This document shows, in pieces, positions 38,118 to 47,938 of a stretch of 64,000 nucleotides of DNA. Numbering within the stretch: position 1 is the stretch's first letter; every line of letters begins with the position of its first letter. The notes beneath the pieces were generated by a model. That model was not told the origin of the DNA, searched no databases, and saw only the letters and a program-made list of their open reading frames with translations. A program made the translations under genes and the position numbers. The stretch comes from Acidimicrobiaceae bacterium (GTDB lineage: Bacteria > Actinomycetota > Acidimicrobiia > Acidimicrobiales > RAAP-2), in the NCBI GenBank assembly GCA_003142095.1, contig PLON01000041.1, positions 73,228-137,227 of the forward strand, in the 5' to 3' direction.

Positions 38118-39071
38118 ATGACTGCTCGCTACGGCATCACCATTCCCTTCGAGGGCGTCACGTTGCTCGAGCACCGCGACTGGTTCCACCGTCTCGCCGA
38201 TCTCGGCTACACCGACGTCTGGTCCGCCGAAGTGGATGGCGCCGATGGTTTCACGCCGCTCACGGTTGCCGCACTGAGTGAAGAACGTCTGAATCTCGGG
38301 GTCGCGGTTACGCCAACCTTTACCCGGGGTCCGGGACTGCTGGCGATGAGCATCGCGGCCATGGCCGAGGTCGCCGGCGGTCGCTTCACCATGGGACTCG
38401 GCGCGTCGAGCCAGCCCGTTGTGGAGCGCTGGAACGGCATCAGCTACGAAAAGCCGTACCAACGCACTCGCGACGTGTTACGTTTCGTGAAACGCGCGCT
38501 CGACGGCGAAAAGATCGACGAGGTCTTCGAGACGTTCGAGATTCACGGCTTCAAGCTGTCGCGTCCCGTGATCAACCGGCCCCCAATTCTGCTCGGAGCA
38601 CTTAGGCCCGGCATGTTGCGTCTCGCGGGTGAAGAAGCCGACGGAGCGATCTTGAACTGGCTCGCCGCGAGCGACGTGGCGCAGTGTCGACGCGAGGTCG
38701 GCGACAACAAGACGATTGCGGCACGCCTCTTCGTCATTCCTCTCGAAGACGCCGACGCGGCGAGGTTCGTTGCGCGTCGCATGATCTCGTCGTATTTGAC
38801 GGTGAACGCCTACGCCGAGTTTCATCGCTGGCTCGGGCGTGGTGAGGCGCTGACGCCGATGTGGGACGCGTGGGGCGAGGGAAATCGCAAACTTGCCAAC
38901 GAGGTCATCCCCGATGAGGTCGTCGACGAGCTGGTGATTCACGGCTCCTACGACGAATGCCGCGAACACGTCGGGCGTTACATCGAGGCCGGCGTCGAGA
39001 TTCCTTCGATCGCGATCGTGCCCTTCGGCGTCGACCTCAAAGACGCCGTCGAGGGCCTCGCGCCGCGCTAG
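38118..39071 (+). CDS. LLM-class F420-dependent oxidoreductase
   Basis: DVWSAE.DG.DGFTPL, TRGPGLLAMS, GRFTMGLGASS, LGALRPGML.LAGEEADG. Confidence 0.88.
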   Translation: MTARYGITIPFEGVTLLEHRDWFHRLADLGYTDVWSAEVDGADGFTPLTVAALSEERLNLGVAVTPTFTRGPGLLAMSIAAMAEVAGGRFTMGLGASSQPVVERWNGISYEKPYQRTRDVLRFVKRALDGEKIDEVFETFEIHGFKLSRPVINRPPILLGALRPGMLRLAGEEADGAILNWLAASDVAQCRREVGDNKTIAARLFVIPLEDADAARFVARRMISSYLTVNAYAEFHRWLGRGEALTPMWDAWGEGNRKLANEVIPDEVVDELVIHGSYDECREHVGRYIEAGVEIPSIAIVPFGVDLKDAVEGLAPR

Positions 39072-40372
39072 ACCTTTTCGGCCTCGAGGAATTCGAGAAC
39101 ATCGGCGAACTTGATCCTCGCGGCGGCCGCGCGCGTCGGAATGTGGTCCGTCGGCACGTCTCGCGCTTCGTAGCTCTTCAAGGCGTGACGCGCCACGGTC
39201 TGGCGGTGGACCTCGTCGGGCCCGTCGTAGATGCGTGCCGCTCGCGCCGCGCGGTACATCGACTCGAGGGGCATGTCGGAGGAGTAGCCGAGCGATCCGT
39301 ACGTTTGAATCGCTCGGTCGATGACGTTGTGCAAGACGCCCGCCCCGTAATACTTGATCATCGCGATCTCGTCGCGCGACGCCGACGCGCCGACCTGGTC
39401 CAGCTTCCACGCCGCGTGCAGGGTCATCAGGCGCGCGGCGTGCATCTCGGCTTGGGAGTCGGCGATCCAGTTCTGCACCGTCTGCTTTTCGGCCAAGAGC
39501 GACCCGTGGGTGAAGCGACTGAGCGCTCTTTCGCACATCATGTCAAAGGCGCGCTGCGACTGACCGAGCCAGCGCATGCAGTGGTGGATGCGACCCGGAC
39601 CGAGGCGAGTCTGAGCCAACAGAAATCCCGAGCCCTCGTCCCCGATGAGGTGATCGGCGGGCACGCGTACGTCCTCGTAGAGGATTTCGGCGTGGTTACC
39701 GAACTGTCCGTAGACAACGTCGGGGTGGTCCATCGCGCCCACGTCGCGCAGGATCGTGAGTCCCGGCGTGTCGACCGGAACGACGAACATCGACGAGCCC
39801 TGGTAGGGGTGGACGTCAGGGTTGGTGACGGCCATCACGATCAAGATGTCGGCGACCGATCCGTTCGTCGTGTACCACTTGCCGCCGTTGATCACCCACT
39901 CGTCGCCGTCTTTGACGGCGCGGGTCTTCAAGAGCCGCGGGTCACTGCCGGCGGTGTTGGGCTCGGTCATCGAGAATCCCGATCGAATCGAGCCACTCAA
40001 CAAGGGCGCGAGCCATCGTTCGCGGATGTCTTCGCGTCCGGTCATCTCCATACCGGCCGCGAGCAACTCGGCGTTCCCGCTGTCCGGCGCGTTGTTGCCA
40101 AAGACGACCGGTGCGTACATCGACTGACCGAGGATCTCGTGCATGAGACCGAGCTTCACTTGACCAAAGCCCATTCCCCCGAGTTCGGGCGGCAGATGCG
40201 CGGCCCACAGACCGCGCGCCTTCACCTGTTCCTGCAGGGGCTTGATGAGGGCGAGTATCTGATCGTGTTCGAGCGAGAGTGTTTCGATCGGGAAAACTTC
40301 GTCGCGCACGAACTCACGCATCCAGGCGAGTTGCTCTTCGTACTGCGCGTCGGTGGAAAAGTCCCAGGCCAT
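39068..40372 (-). CDS. Acyl-CoA dehydrogenase family protein
   Basis: APDSGNAE, FSMTEP..AGSDP, INGGKWYTT, AQTRLGPGRIHHCMR, RIYDGPDEVH. ATG at 40372. Confidence 0.92.
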   Translation of the reverse strand: MAWDFSTDAQYEEQLAWMREFVRDEVFPIETLSLEHDQILALIKPLQEQVKARGLWAAHLPPELGGMGFGQVKLGLMHEILGQSMYAPVVFGNNAPDSGNAELLAAGMEMTGREDIRERWLAPLLSGSIRSGFSMTEPNTAGSDPRLLKTRAVKDGDEWVINGGKWYTTNGSVADILIVMAVTNPDVHPYQGSSMFVVPVDTPGLTILRDVGAMDHPDVVYGQFGNHAEILYEDVRVPADHLIGDEGSGFLLAQTRLGPGRIHHCMRWLGQSQRAFDMMCERALSRFTHGSLLAEKQTVQNWIADSQAEMHAARLMTLHAAWKLDQVGASASRDEIAMIKYYGAGVLHNVIDRAIQTYGSLGYSSDMPLESMYRAARAARIYDGPDEVHRQTVARHALKSYEARDVPTDHIPTRAAAARIKFADVLEFLEAEKV

Positions 40373-40466
40373 GGCCCCCTCTTTCGAGCCCACTCTACGG
40401 CACTGAAAATTCGCCCTGAGTGACGATTCATTCCACTGCCTACAATGAGACAGAGATTGGAGTCAC

Positions 40467-40988
40467 GTGGCGAAGAAGAAGAAAACCAAATCCGACAAGG
40501 GCGACCAGAAGGTGAAGATCGCGGTCGTCGACACGATGTTTGCACGATTCGACATGGGCGCGGCGGCGCGACGCGAGCTCACGAAGTGCCCGGGGTATGG
40601 CGAAAAGTTCGAAGTGATTAGCCAGACCGTGCCAGGTTTCAAAGACCTGGCCGTCGCGGCAAAGAACCTCATTGAGCGCGATGGTGCCTCAATTGTCGTG
40701 GCTCTCGGCATGCCAGGCTCCACCCCGATCGACAAGCAGTGCGCCCATGAAGCGTCGCTGGGCATCATGCAGGCGCAGCTCTTGACTTCGACGCCGATCC
40801 TGGAAGTGTTCGTCCACGAAGACGAGTCCGACGATCCCAAGGTGTTGGCGAAGGTCTTTGACAACCGTTCGCGCGATCACGCCCGCAACGCCTACTGGAT
40901 GCTCTTTGAACCCGACGAACTCGCCAAACGCGCCGGTCAAGGCATCCGCCAGGGCTTCGCTAACGTCGGCACCTTAGAAAACAGCTGA
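40467..40988 (+). CDS. ribC: Archaeal-type (pentameric, lumazine-synthase-fold) riboflavin synthase
   Basis: VVDTMFARFDMG, TVPGFKDLAVAAK, VALGMPG, DKQCAHEASLG, AQL, ILEVFVHEDE, AGQGIRQGF match the archaeal RibC family (M. jannaschii MJ1184 type, recalled from memory). RibH motifs are absent. RBS GGAG. Confidence 0.88.
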   Translation: MAKKKKTKSDKGDQKVKIAVVDTMFARFDMGAAARRELTKCPGYGEKFEVISQTVPGFKDLAVAAKNLIERDGASIVVALGMPGSTPIDKQCAHEASLGIMQAQLLTSTPILEVFVHEDESDDPKVLAKVFDNRSRDHARNAYWMLFEPDELAKRAGQGIRQGFANVGTLENS

Positions 40989-41035
40989 GTCCTCATCGGG
41001 CGGCACCGCAGCGCCGTTGATTCGGTGCATCGACG

Positions 41036-41446
41036 TCAATCCTTCAGACGAAGAATGCCTGCGGCACTTGGCGTAAATCCGCAACTTTCCAGATAGAAAT
41101 TAGACAGTTGCTCCTCGAAGTCCACATGGAGCCACTCGAGGCCAGCCCTCGAACATTCGTCGCGAACAATTTCCACCAGGCCCTTAGCATCGCCACGACG
41201 TCTCAATTGCGAATCAACCATCAGGTCTTGAATCCAAGCATGGACGCGGCCATCCCAGACGACGTTGACAAAGCCTGTCAGCAAATCACGCGCTCTCGCC
41301 GTCACCCATCCCAAACTTCGCAGATCGATTGACGCGCGCCACCCCTCCGCTTGGGCGTCGACACTCGAACCGAAGACGCCTTCGTGGAGAACAAGATATT
41401 CATCATCGGTGAAGTCACCGCGCCACCGATAGGTCCCGGACATCAC
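41036..41446 (-). CDS. GNAT family N-acetyltransferase
   Basis: GFVNVVWDG..HAWIQDLMV....RRRG....LV, EWLHVDFE, FYLESCGF. Confidence 0.85.
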   Translation of the reverse strand: MMSGTYRWRGDFTDDEYLVLHEGVFGSSVDAQAEGWRASIDLRSLGWVTARARDLLTGFVNVVWDGRVHAWIQDLMVDSQLRRRGDAKGLVEIVRDECSRAGLEWLHVDFEEQLSNFYLESCGFTPSAAGILRLKD

Positions 41447-41555
41447 GTCATGCTATGTCGTTGTTGAAAAACGAGGAATGACCTCAGCGTTAACGGGGCC
41501 AACGGAGCGAGTCGATAGGCTCTCTTGAGTCACATTTGTAACTCAGGAGACATCC

Positions 41556-42764
41556 ATGCCCGAAGCCGTCATCGTCGCCACCGCGCGTACTCCCATTGGC
41601 CGAGCCTTCAAGGGCTCTCTCGTCGATCTGCGGCCCGACGACCTCACCGCATTCATCGTGCAGGCCCTGCTCGAGAAAGTTCCTTCGCTCGACCCGCACA
41701 GCGTCGAAGACCTCATCGTGGGTTGCGGCCAGCCGGCGGGCGAGTCGGGATTTAACGTCGCACGCGTCGCCGCCGTTCTCGCCGGACTCGACGACGTACC
41801 CGGCGTCACCGTCAATCGCTACTGCTCATCGTCTCTGCAGACCATTCGTATGGCGGCGCACGCCATCCGCGCCGGCGAAGGTGACGTCTTTATCGCAGCC
41901 GGCGTCGAGACGGTGTCACGTTTCGGCGGCGGGGCGTCCGACAGCGGCCGCAATATGAACCCGCGCTTTCACGACGCACTCGAGCGCACGAAGGGCCGCT
42001 CGGAGAAAGTCACCGAGCCGTGGACTCCACAGCCGGGCCTGCCAGACATATACATTGCGATGGGCCTAACAGCCGAAAACGTCGCAGAGTTCGAAAAGGT
42101 CTCGCGTCTCGAGATGGACGAGTTCGCACTGCGCAGCCAAGAACTGGCCGTCGCGCACCAGGAGAATGGTTTCTTCGAACGCGAGATCACGCCCGTCACC
42201 CTGCCCGACGGGACAGTGATTTCGAAAGATGACGGTCCTCGCGCCGGCACAACTCTCGAGAAGCTCCAGAGTTTGAATCCCGTATTCCGAGAGGGCGGCA
42301 CGATAACGGCCGGCAACGCCTGTCCACTCAACGACGGCGCAGCGGCCGTCGTCGTGATGAGCGATACCCGGGCCAAAGAACTCGGTATCACTCCTCTTGC
42401 GCGCATCGTCGCGAGCGGCGTCAGTGGTCTCAATCCCGAGATCATGGGACTCGGTCCGATCGAGGCCTGTCGCCAGGCGCTCGGACGCGCCGGCATGACG
42501 ATGAAGGATATCGACCTCGTCGAGATCAACGAAGCCTTTGCCGCGCAGGTGATCCCCAGCGCGAAGCACCTGAAGATACCGCTCGACAAGCTGAATATCC
42601 GTGGCGGAGCGATTGCGCTCGGACACCCCTTCGGCATGACCGGGGCGCGCATCATGACGACGCTGCTGAACTCCCTCGAAGACGCCGACAAGCGCTTCGG
42701 ACTCGAGAGTATGTGTGTCGGCGGCGGCCAGGGCATGGCCATGATCGTCGAGCGACTGAGTTAG
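41556..42764 (+). CDS. Acetyl-CoA C-acyltransferase (thiolase)
   Basis: TVNRYCSSS (active Cys), TAGNACPLNDGAAA, EINEAFA, GGAIALGHPFG, SMCVGGGQG. Confidence 0.95.
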   Translation: MPEAVIVATARTPIGRAFKGSLVDLRPDDLTAFIVQALLEKVPSLDPHSVEDLIVGCGQPAGESGFNVARVAAVLAGLDDVPGVTVNRYCSSSLQTIRMAAHAIRAGEGDVFIAAGVETVSRFGGGASDSGRNMNPRFHDALERTKGRSEKVTEPWTPQPGLPDIYIAMGLTAENVAEFEKVSRLEMDEFALRSQELAVAHQENGFFEREITPVTLPDGTVISKDDGPRAGTTLEKLQSLNPVFREGGTITAGNACPLNDGAAAVVVMSDTRAKELGITPLARIVASGVSGLNPEIMGLGPIEACRQALGRAGMTMKDIDLVEINEAFAAQVIPSAKHLKIPLDKLNIRGGAIALGHPFGMTGARIMTTLLNSLEDADKRFGLESMCVGGGQGMAMIVERLS

Positions 42765-42767
42765 GTC

Positions 42768-42995
42768 CTAGCCTTCGCCGGTCAGTCGAGCGCCCGGGTC
42801 GTCCTCGAACGATTGGGCTTCCTCGTCACTCACCGGGCGCGCCTCATCGGGCAACATCACCGGAATTGAATCGCGCACTTCGTAGGCCACGCGCAGTCGA
42901 GGGTTATAGAGCACGTCGCGCGACGGTACGTACAGGAGCGTCCCGTGGTCGACGGGGTCCTCGAGCAAGTTGAGCAGAAAGTTATCGAGGGCCAT
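42768..42995 (-). CDS. Trm112-like (UPF0434/YcaR) protein
   Basis: LL.LLEDPVDHG.L....LYNPRLRVAYEVRDSIPVMLPDEA; directly follows manB as in other actinobacteria. Confidence 0.85.
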   Translation of the reverse strand: MALDNFLLNLLEDPVDHGTLLYVPSRDVLYNPRLRVAYEVRDSIPVMLPDEARPVSDEEAQSFEDDPGARLTGEG

Positions 42996-44344
42996 TAGGC
43001 GAGCTCCTTAATCATGGCGACGACGCCGTCGACGTGACGTCGAAGAGCTTCGTCGTCGGGCGCTTCAACGTTGAGACGCAACAGCGGCTCGGTATTCGAG
43101 GGCCGAAGGTTGAACCACCAGGATCCGTAGTCGGCCGTCAGACCATCCAAGAGATCAACCGCGACGCCGTCTCGTTCGAGGCGCTCGCGCACCCGCTCCA
43201 CCGTCGCGGCGGGACTGCTCACTTCGGTGTTGATCTCGCCCGAACTGGCGTAACGCTGAAAGGGCTTCGCGAGCTGTGAGAGCGTCTGGTCGGATTGACT
43301 CAGAAGTTCCAAGACGACGAAAGCGGTAATGATCCCCGAGTCCGCGCGGTAGTTGTCGTGATAGTAGTAGTGGCCCGAGTGCTCGCCACCGAAGACGGCG
43401 CCGGTTTCGGCCATGATCTGCTTGATGTAGCTGTGCCCGACGCGGGTGCGCACACCAACTCCACCCGACTCGGCGATGACCTCGGGCACGGACTTTGAAC
43501 AGATCAGGTTGTAGAGCACGGTCGCCCCGGGATGGCGCTTCAACATGACGGTCGCCACCATGGCCGTCGTCGTCGACCCGCTGACCGGCTGGCCCAGCTC
43601 GTCGATCAAGAAGACTCGGTCGGCGTCGCCGTCGAAAGCGAGCCCCACGTCGGCACCCGTTTCCAGGATGCGGGCTTGAAGGTCCACGAGGTTCGCCGGG
43701 TTAAGCGGGTCGGCCGGATGATTCGGGAACGTGCCGTCGAGTTCGCCATAGAGAATGTCGAGGTCGAAGGGCAGTCCCTCAAAGACGAGCGGCGCGACGA
43801 GCCCGCCCATGCCGTTCGCCGTGTCGGCGACGATTTTCAGAGGACGAAACGTCGACACGTCGGCGAAGGAGTGCACGTGGGTGACCCACTCGTTCGTGAG
43901 ATCGAGCGTCGTGTACTCCGCGAGTTCGCCTTCGGCCGGCGTCTCGTAGAACTCGTTGGTCATCGCCTCGATTTCCACGAGGCCCGACTCGACGCCGACG
44001 GGCTTCGCGCCGGCGAGGCAGAGCTTGATGCCGTTGTACTTGGCGGGATTGTGCGACGCGGTGAACATGGCGCCGGGCGCTCCGAGGTATCCCGACGCAA
44101 AGTAGAGAAAGTCCGTCGAGGCAAGACCGCAGTCGACCACTTCCACGCCGACGGCGCGCGCACCCTTCGCGAAAGCCGCAGACAGTGATTCACCTGAGGC
44201 GCGCATGTCGCGCGCCATCACGATCCTCGGAGTTTGGGTAAACGCGGCAAAGGCCGAGCCCACCGCCTGAGCCATGCGTTCATTGAGCTGATCGGGGTAG
44301 GTGCCGCGGATGTCGTAAGCCTTGAAAATAGCGGTCGTATCCAC
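42995..44344 (-). CDS. manB: Phosphomannomutase/phosphoglucomutase
   Basis: IFKAYDIRG, MFTASHNP (phosphoserine), AFDGDADR, GGEHSGH, NLRPSNTEPLLRLNVEA. Confidence 0.93.
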   Translation of the reverse strand: MDTTAIFKAYDIRGTYPDQLNERMAQAVGSAFAAFTQTPRIVMARDMRASGESLSAAFAKGARAVGVEVVDCGLASTDFLYFASGYLGAPGAMFTASHNPAKYNGIKLCLAGAKPVGVESGLVEIEAMTNEFYETPAEGELAEYTTLDLTNEWVTHVHSFADVSTFRPLKIVADTANGMGGLVAPLVFEGLPFDLDILYGELDGTFPNHPADPLNPANLVDLQARILETGADVGLAFDGDADRVFLIDELGQPVSGSTTTAMVATVMLKRHPGATVLYNLICSKSVPEVIAESGGVGVRTRVGHSYIKQIMAETGAVFGGEHSGHYYYHDNYRADSGIITAFVVLELLSQSDQTLSQLAKPFQRYASSGEINTEVSSPAATVERVRERLERDGVAVDLLDGLTADYGSWWFNLRPSNTEPLLRLNVEAPDDEALRRHVDGVVAMIKELA

Positions 44345-44355
44345 GGTTGCTGAGT

Positions 44356-47115
44356 CTACCGAGAGGTCTTTCTCCTGCGACGTAGAACCATATAAAGAAC
44401 GATGAGCCCCGAGATGACCGTGAGATCACTGAGCGCGTTGCCGAGTGACAGCGCCGGAGTACTCATGTAGTTGAGTGACACGTTCTTGGACGTCGGCACG
44501 ACCACCATGAGGTTCGGGCTGACGCGATAGGGACCCGTGGCGCCGGTCACGTGCCAGCGTGGGTAGTACGAGATCTTCACCAACATCGGCACGCCGACGC
44601 GACTGACGTGAAACGAGAGCGACTGCAGGCCGACGTGCACGTGGCTCACCGTCACCGACGCCAGGGGCGCGGACTTGGTCATCGTGGTAACGCTCGACGC
44701 GCGCGGCCAGTTGGCGGGACCAGTTTCGGCCGCGTACACGCTCTGTAGTGAAGGCGTCAACCACCATTTCTCGTTCGCGTTCAACCAGTTGTACTGCGAG
44801 GAAATGTTCGCCACGACATTGGGCGTCGCCGCGAGCGGCTCAACCATCGGGCTGTCCTTAATCAGATAGATCCGCCACTGCGCGCCCGGCGCGGGCCACG
44901 TCTTCGTGGTCGCGATGAGTTTGAGATCGGGGTCCTTCTTCGCTTGGGCGAAGACCGCGGGAGAAAAGGCCATGTAGTACTTCACCCCGAGCATCTGGAG
45001 GTGGCGCACGCCTTCGGCGACGTTGAGCGGTCCGTAGTCGAGGCCGACCTGCGGGTCGCTCGGCGCAAGGCTGAGTTCGGACTGGTCGAGGTAGTGGTAC
45101 GGCGTGGTCGGCGTGGACTCCATGAGGAGGCCCTCCATGGAATCCACGCAGTTATCGGTCCAGTACGGCAGGATCATCAACGCCTCGGGAGTGCCCCAAC
45201 GATTCTCCGACGAGTTGTACTCCCACATGGCGCGGCCACACCCGTAGCGCTTCGACACACTTTCCATGGTCGTGATCAAATCGTGATACTCGGGCCACGA
45301 GGCCTTCGCCTGATAGCCCGAGTAGTTCCACTGCGCCCAGCTGGAGACCTGGTTGCCGCCGGTGGCGAGGTGCAGATCATTCGCGAGCGGCGTGATCAGT
45401 CCCGGCAGCGTGGAGCCCAGTCCGAGCACCGCGACAATGCACGTCGCCCAAAAGACGCGCCCCCGGCGCCAAGTCGAGTCAGCGAATCGCGACGTTGTCG
45501 GCGCAGGAGAGTTTGAGCCAACCGGGACCGCTTCACGAACGCGCTCTAGGTCATCCGCGTAGCCAAACTCGTAACCCTCGTCGAAGACGGGTGTCCAGCG
45601 GCGACGTAGTGGGGTGTACGCGGCCCAGCGCGAGGCGAGATATCCCACCATCCAACCAGAGACGAGATAGATGGAGATGAACCAGAACGGAATGACGCGC
45701 TGATTCCAGATCGCGCTCTGCGGATCGAGGACGAAAGTCCAAAACGTGAGAACCGTCACCGTGGCGAGCACCATGCCGAGACGATCGCGCACGACAAAGG
45801 CCACGATGATCGACACGCACGCAAAGACAATGATCCATCGATCCCCGGCCGCGCCCCCGGTCGCGTTGAACCACCCCAGCGTGGAAAAGATCTCGTGCAG
45901 GTTCGACACGGGAACGTTGGTGTAGCCGAGCGAATCTGAGAGCGACTGAGACGTGGCAAAAGGAAAGAGCCACCAAGCCGAAAGGCCGAGGGAGATCACC
46001 CCCGTGCCGAGGGCGAAGCGTACCGGACGTGCGTAGTCCCCGCGTTGCATCGCGCGTTCGTCGAGCGTGCGCGGTCCGCGGCGCTGGAACAGTTCGAAAG
46101 CCGTCATGACAAGTATCGACGCCAGCGCCCAGCGCACCGCTACGAAGAAGGACGCCACCGTCAGCGCAACGCCAACTAGGGCTAGCGCGTAGCCGCGTCG
46201 CGCAAAGAACAACTGGACGATGCGGCCGACGGCGAACAGTCCCAAGAGAACTGTGAAGATCATCGAGTACGGAGACTCGCGGACCGAGAGAAAACCCGTG
46301 CCATTGGTCGTCGCTGCTGTGTCGAAGAAGAACGGAACAAAGGCGAGGCATAAGAGCCCGACCCCAACCGCGAGGCGGTTTGGACGAGTGTCCGCCTCAC
46401 CAAGGCGAGCTTCGCGCGCGATTGGTCCGCCATTGCCGTATCGGTACAGCAGTTCGAAGACGAGCAGTACCGCAACGGCGCCCAACGTAAAGAGCCACGG
46501 CAGTACGTGTGCGGCCAAGGTGGCGCTGAGTGAGAGCGCCGCTAGCCAGTAGCCGCGTCCCTCGCGCATGCCGCGCGCGAAGAGTCCAATCGTCAGTAGC
46601 GCCAGGGCGAGCGAGAACGAAAAGGCGTACTCGCCGGCCATTGTCGAGAAGAGATTGCCGCCGTCGATCGTGAAGGTCGCGTCGAAGAGAAACGGCAGCG
46701 TGGCGAGCGCGAGCGCCGCGGGAATGGGCCGTGGCGCGCGAAAGAGTCGGGCCATTCCGTAGGCCGTGATCGGCATCAGCACCGAACCGAGCACCGTCGC
46801 CAATTTGAAAGCCGCGGCGAAGCCAATGACGTAGCTCGCGAATGTCGCGAGCACGTCGGGCAGAACGAAGTAGTACGTGTAGGCGGGAATGCCCGCGAAC
46901 CAGCCGGGATACCACGGCGTGAAGTTGAAGGGATTGCCCGTCGTCTTTAGGTAGGCCGGCATCGCCAGGTGCGAGCCGGTATCGCCACCGGTGAGGAGTG
47001 TCGACGAGAACAGAAGATTCGGGTGGAGTTCCCAGATCGTGATGAAGATCACCGACGCGACGAGCACGGCGTCAAAGATTCGCTCGGTCGTCCAGAAAGC
47101 TTTGAAGCGCTCCAT
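44356..47115 (-). CDS. Large polytopic membrane protein, PTPS-related / GT-C-like putative glycosyltransferase
   Basis: GGDTGSH, W.PGWFAG.PAY.YYF, GGNLFSTMAGEY, many TM helices, and an extracytoplasmic C-terminal domain (WNYSGY, LVKISYYPRW, RVSPNLMVV). ATG at 47115 overlaps the upstream stop (TGATG). Confidence 0.75.
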   Translation of the reverse strand: MERFKAFWTTERIFDAVLVASVIFITIWELHPNLLFSSTLLTGGDTGSHLAMPAYLKTTGNPFNFTPWYPGWFAGIPAYTYYFVLPDVLATFASYVIGFAAAFKLATVLGSVLMPITAYGMARLFRAPRPIPAALALATLPFLFDATFTIDGGNLFSTMAGEYAFSFSLALALLTIGLFARGMREGRGYWLAALSLSATLAAHVLPWLFTLGAVAVLLVFELLYRYGNGGPIAREARLGEADTRPNRLAVGVGLLCLAFVPFFFDTAATTNGTGFLSVRESPYSMIFTVLLGLFAVGRIVQLFFARRGYALALVGVALTVASFFVAVRWALASILVMTAFELFQRRGPRTLDERAMQRGDYARPVRFALGTGVISLGLSAWWLFPFATSQSLSDSLGYTNVPVSNLHEIFSTLGWFNATGGAAGDRWIIVFACVSIIVAFVVRDRLGMVLATVTVLTFWTFVLDPQSAIWNQRVIPFWFISIYLVSGWMVGYLASRWAAYTPLRRRWTPVFDEGYEFGYADDLERVREAVPVGSNSPAPTTSRFADSTWRRGRVFWATCIVAVLGLGSTLPGLITPLANDLHLATGGNQVSSWAQWNYSGYQAKASWPEYHDLITTMESVSKRYGCGRAMWEYNSSENRWGTPEALMILPYWTDNCVDSMEGLLMESTPTTPYHYLDQSELSLAPSDPQVGLDYGPLNVAEGVRHLQMLGVKYYMAFSPAVFAQAKKDPDLKLIATTKTWPAPGAQWRIYLIKDSPMVEPLAATPNVVANISSQYNWLNANEKWWLTPSLQSVYAAETGPANWPRASSVTTMTKSAPLASVTVSHVHVGLQSLSFHVSRVGVPMLVKISYYPRWHVTGATGPYRVSPNLMVVVPTSKNVSLNYMSTPALSLGNALSDLTVISGLIVLYMVLRRRRKTSR

Positions 47116-47864
47116 CAATGACCTGAGCGCAAGTGGATGACCATGATGAACGCCGTCGCGTTGAACGAAGCGTGCGTCAAGTAGCTCGGCACGAGCCTCT
47201 TTGCGCGATAGGCGACGACCGCGAGCACGACGCCGAGCGCCGCCAGGCCCGCGAACTCGAGTAACTCGCCGTGCGCGAGACCAAAAAGGACGGCACTCCC
47301 GAGAACGCCGAGCACGACCGCGGTGCGACGAGTGACACCGGTGACACCTTCGGCGATGGCGCGAAAGAGTACTCCGCGAAAGAGCCACTCCTCAAAGAAC
47401 GGCGCGAACAACACCGTCATAAGTCCGATCACCACGAAGCCGGTGCCGTGTGACGCGGCGAAAAGATGATTCACCGGCTGATTGAGACTCTTGAAGTGAA
47501 AAGGGTCGTAGGCGAGATCGACCGCGTACTGACACGCGACACCAAGGACCACGTAGAGAAGATCGCTCACGCGCGGGCGCCACTGATCGGGCCACGGCAC
47601 CAAACGTCCCTCGCGATAGGCGTAGATGATCGCCGCCATGAAGCCCGTCCAGAGACCTAACAACCCGAGCGAGTTCGCCCACCACGGCGGGTTCGCGACT
47701 TTCGCGAGTGCGCTCAAGCCGCCCGGATAGTGCGTGAGGGCGACTCCGAGGGCCTCGAGCAACGTGGCGAGTATCTGTCCGGCTAAGAATCCGATAAAAC
47801 CCGCCGCCACAATCGCCACGACGCGTGGGCGATCGGCCAGTGCGGGTACGGAAGAAGAACTCAA
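47115..47864 (-). CDS. CPBP (Abi/CAAX) family intramembrane glutamic endopeptidase
   Basis: APFFEEWLFRG, LFGLAH, H..FN motifs; multiple TM helices. Confidence 0.9.
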   Translation of the reverse strand: MSSSSVPALADRPRVVAIVAAGFIGFLAGQILATLLEALGVALTHYPGGLSALAKVANPPWWANSLGLLGLWTGFMAAIIYAYREGRLVPWPDQWRPRVSDLLYVVLGVACQYAVDLAYDPFHFKSLNQPVNHLFAASHGTGFVVIGLMTVLFAPFFEEWLFRGVLFRAIAEGVTGVTRRTAVVLGVLGSAVLFGLAHGELLEFAGLAALGVVLAVVAYRAKRLVPSYLTHASFNATAFIMVIHLRSGH

Positions 47865-47938
47865 AGGGGTGGCGCTTTCGACTCTAGGTTTTGCACAGGC
47901 CTAAACGACGTCTCGTCGTTCACCTCTAGATTAGATAC

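Noticed and set aside
38957-40423. 488-aa plus-strand ORF
   Set aside because: Antisense shadow of the acyl-CoA dehydrogenase; no motifs, and typical of GC-rich genomes.
40373-40466. Possible FMN riboswitch upstream of the riboflavin synthase
   Set aside because: The gap is only 94 bp and has no RFN consensus (AGGGCGGGGTGAAATTCCC-like); only a TACAAT -10-like box is present.
40467-40988. Alternative call as lumazine synthase RibH
   Set aside because: It lacks the RibH motifs (ARFN, VPGAFE, GxVIRGxTxHF) and has the archaeal RibC signature DTxFAR / CAHEAS / EVFVHEDE.
44356-47388. ORF-track start at 47388 for the GT-C-like gene
   Set aside because: The extension overlaps the CPBP gene by 273 nt; the ATG at 47115 gives a canonical TGATG coupling.
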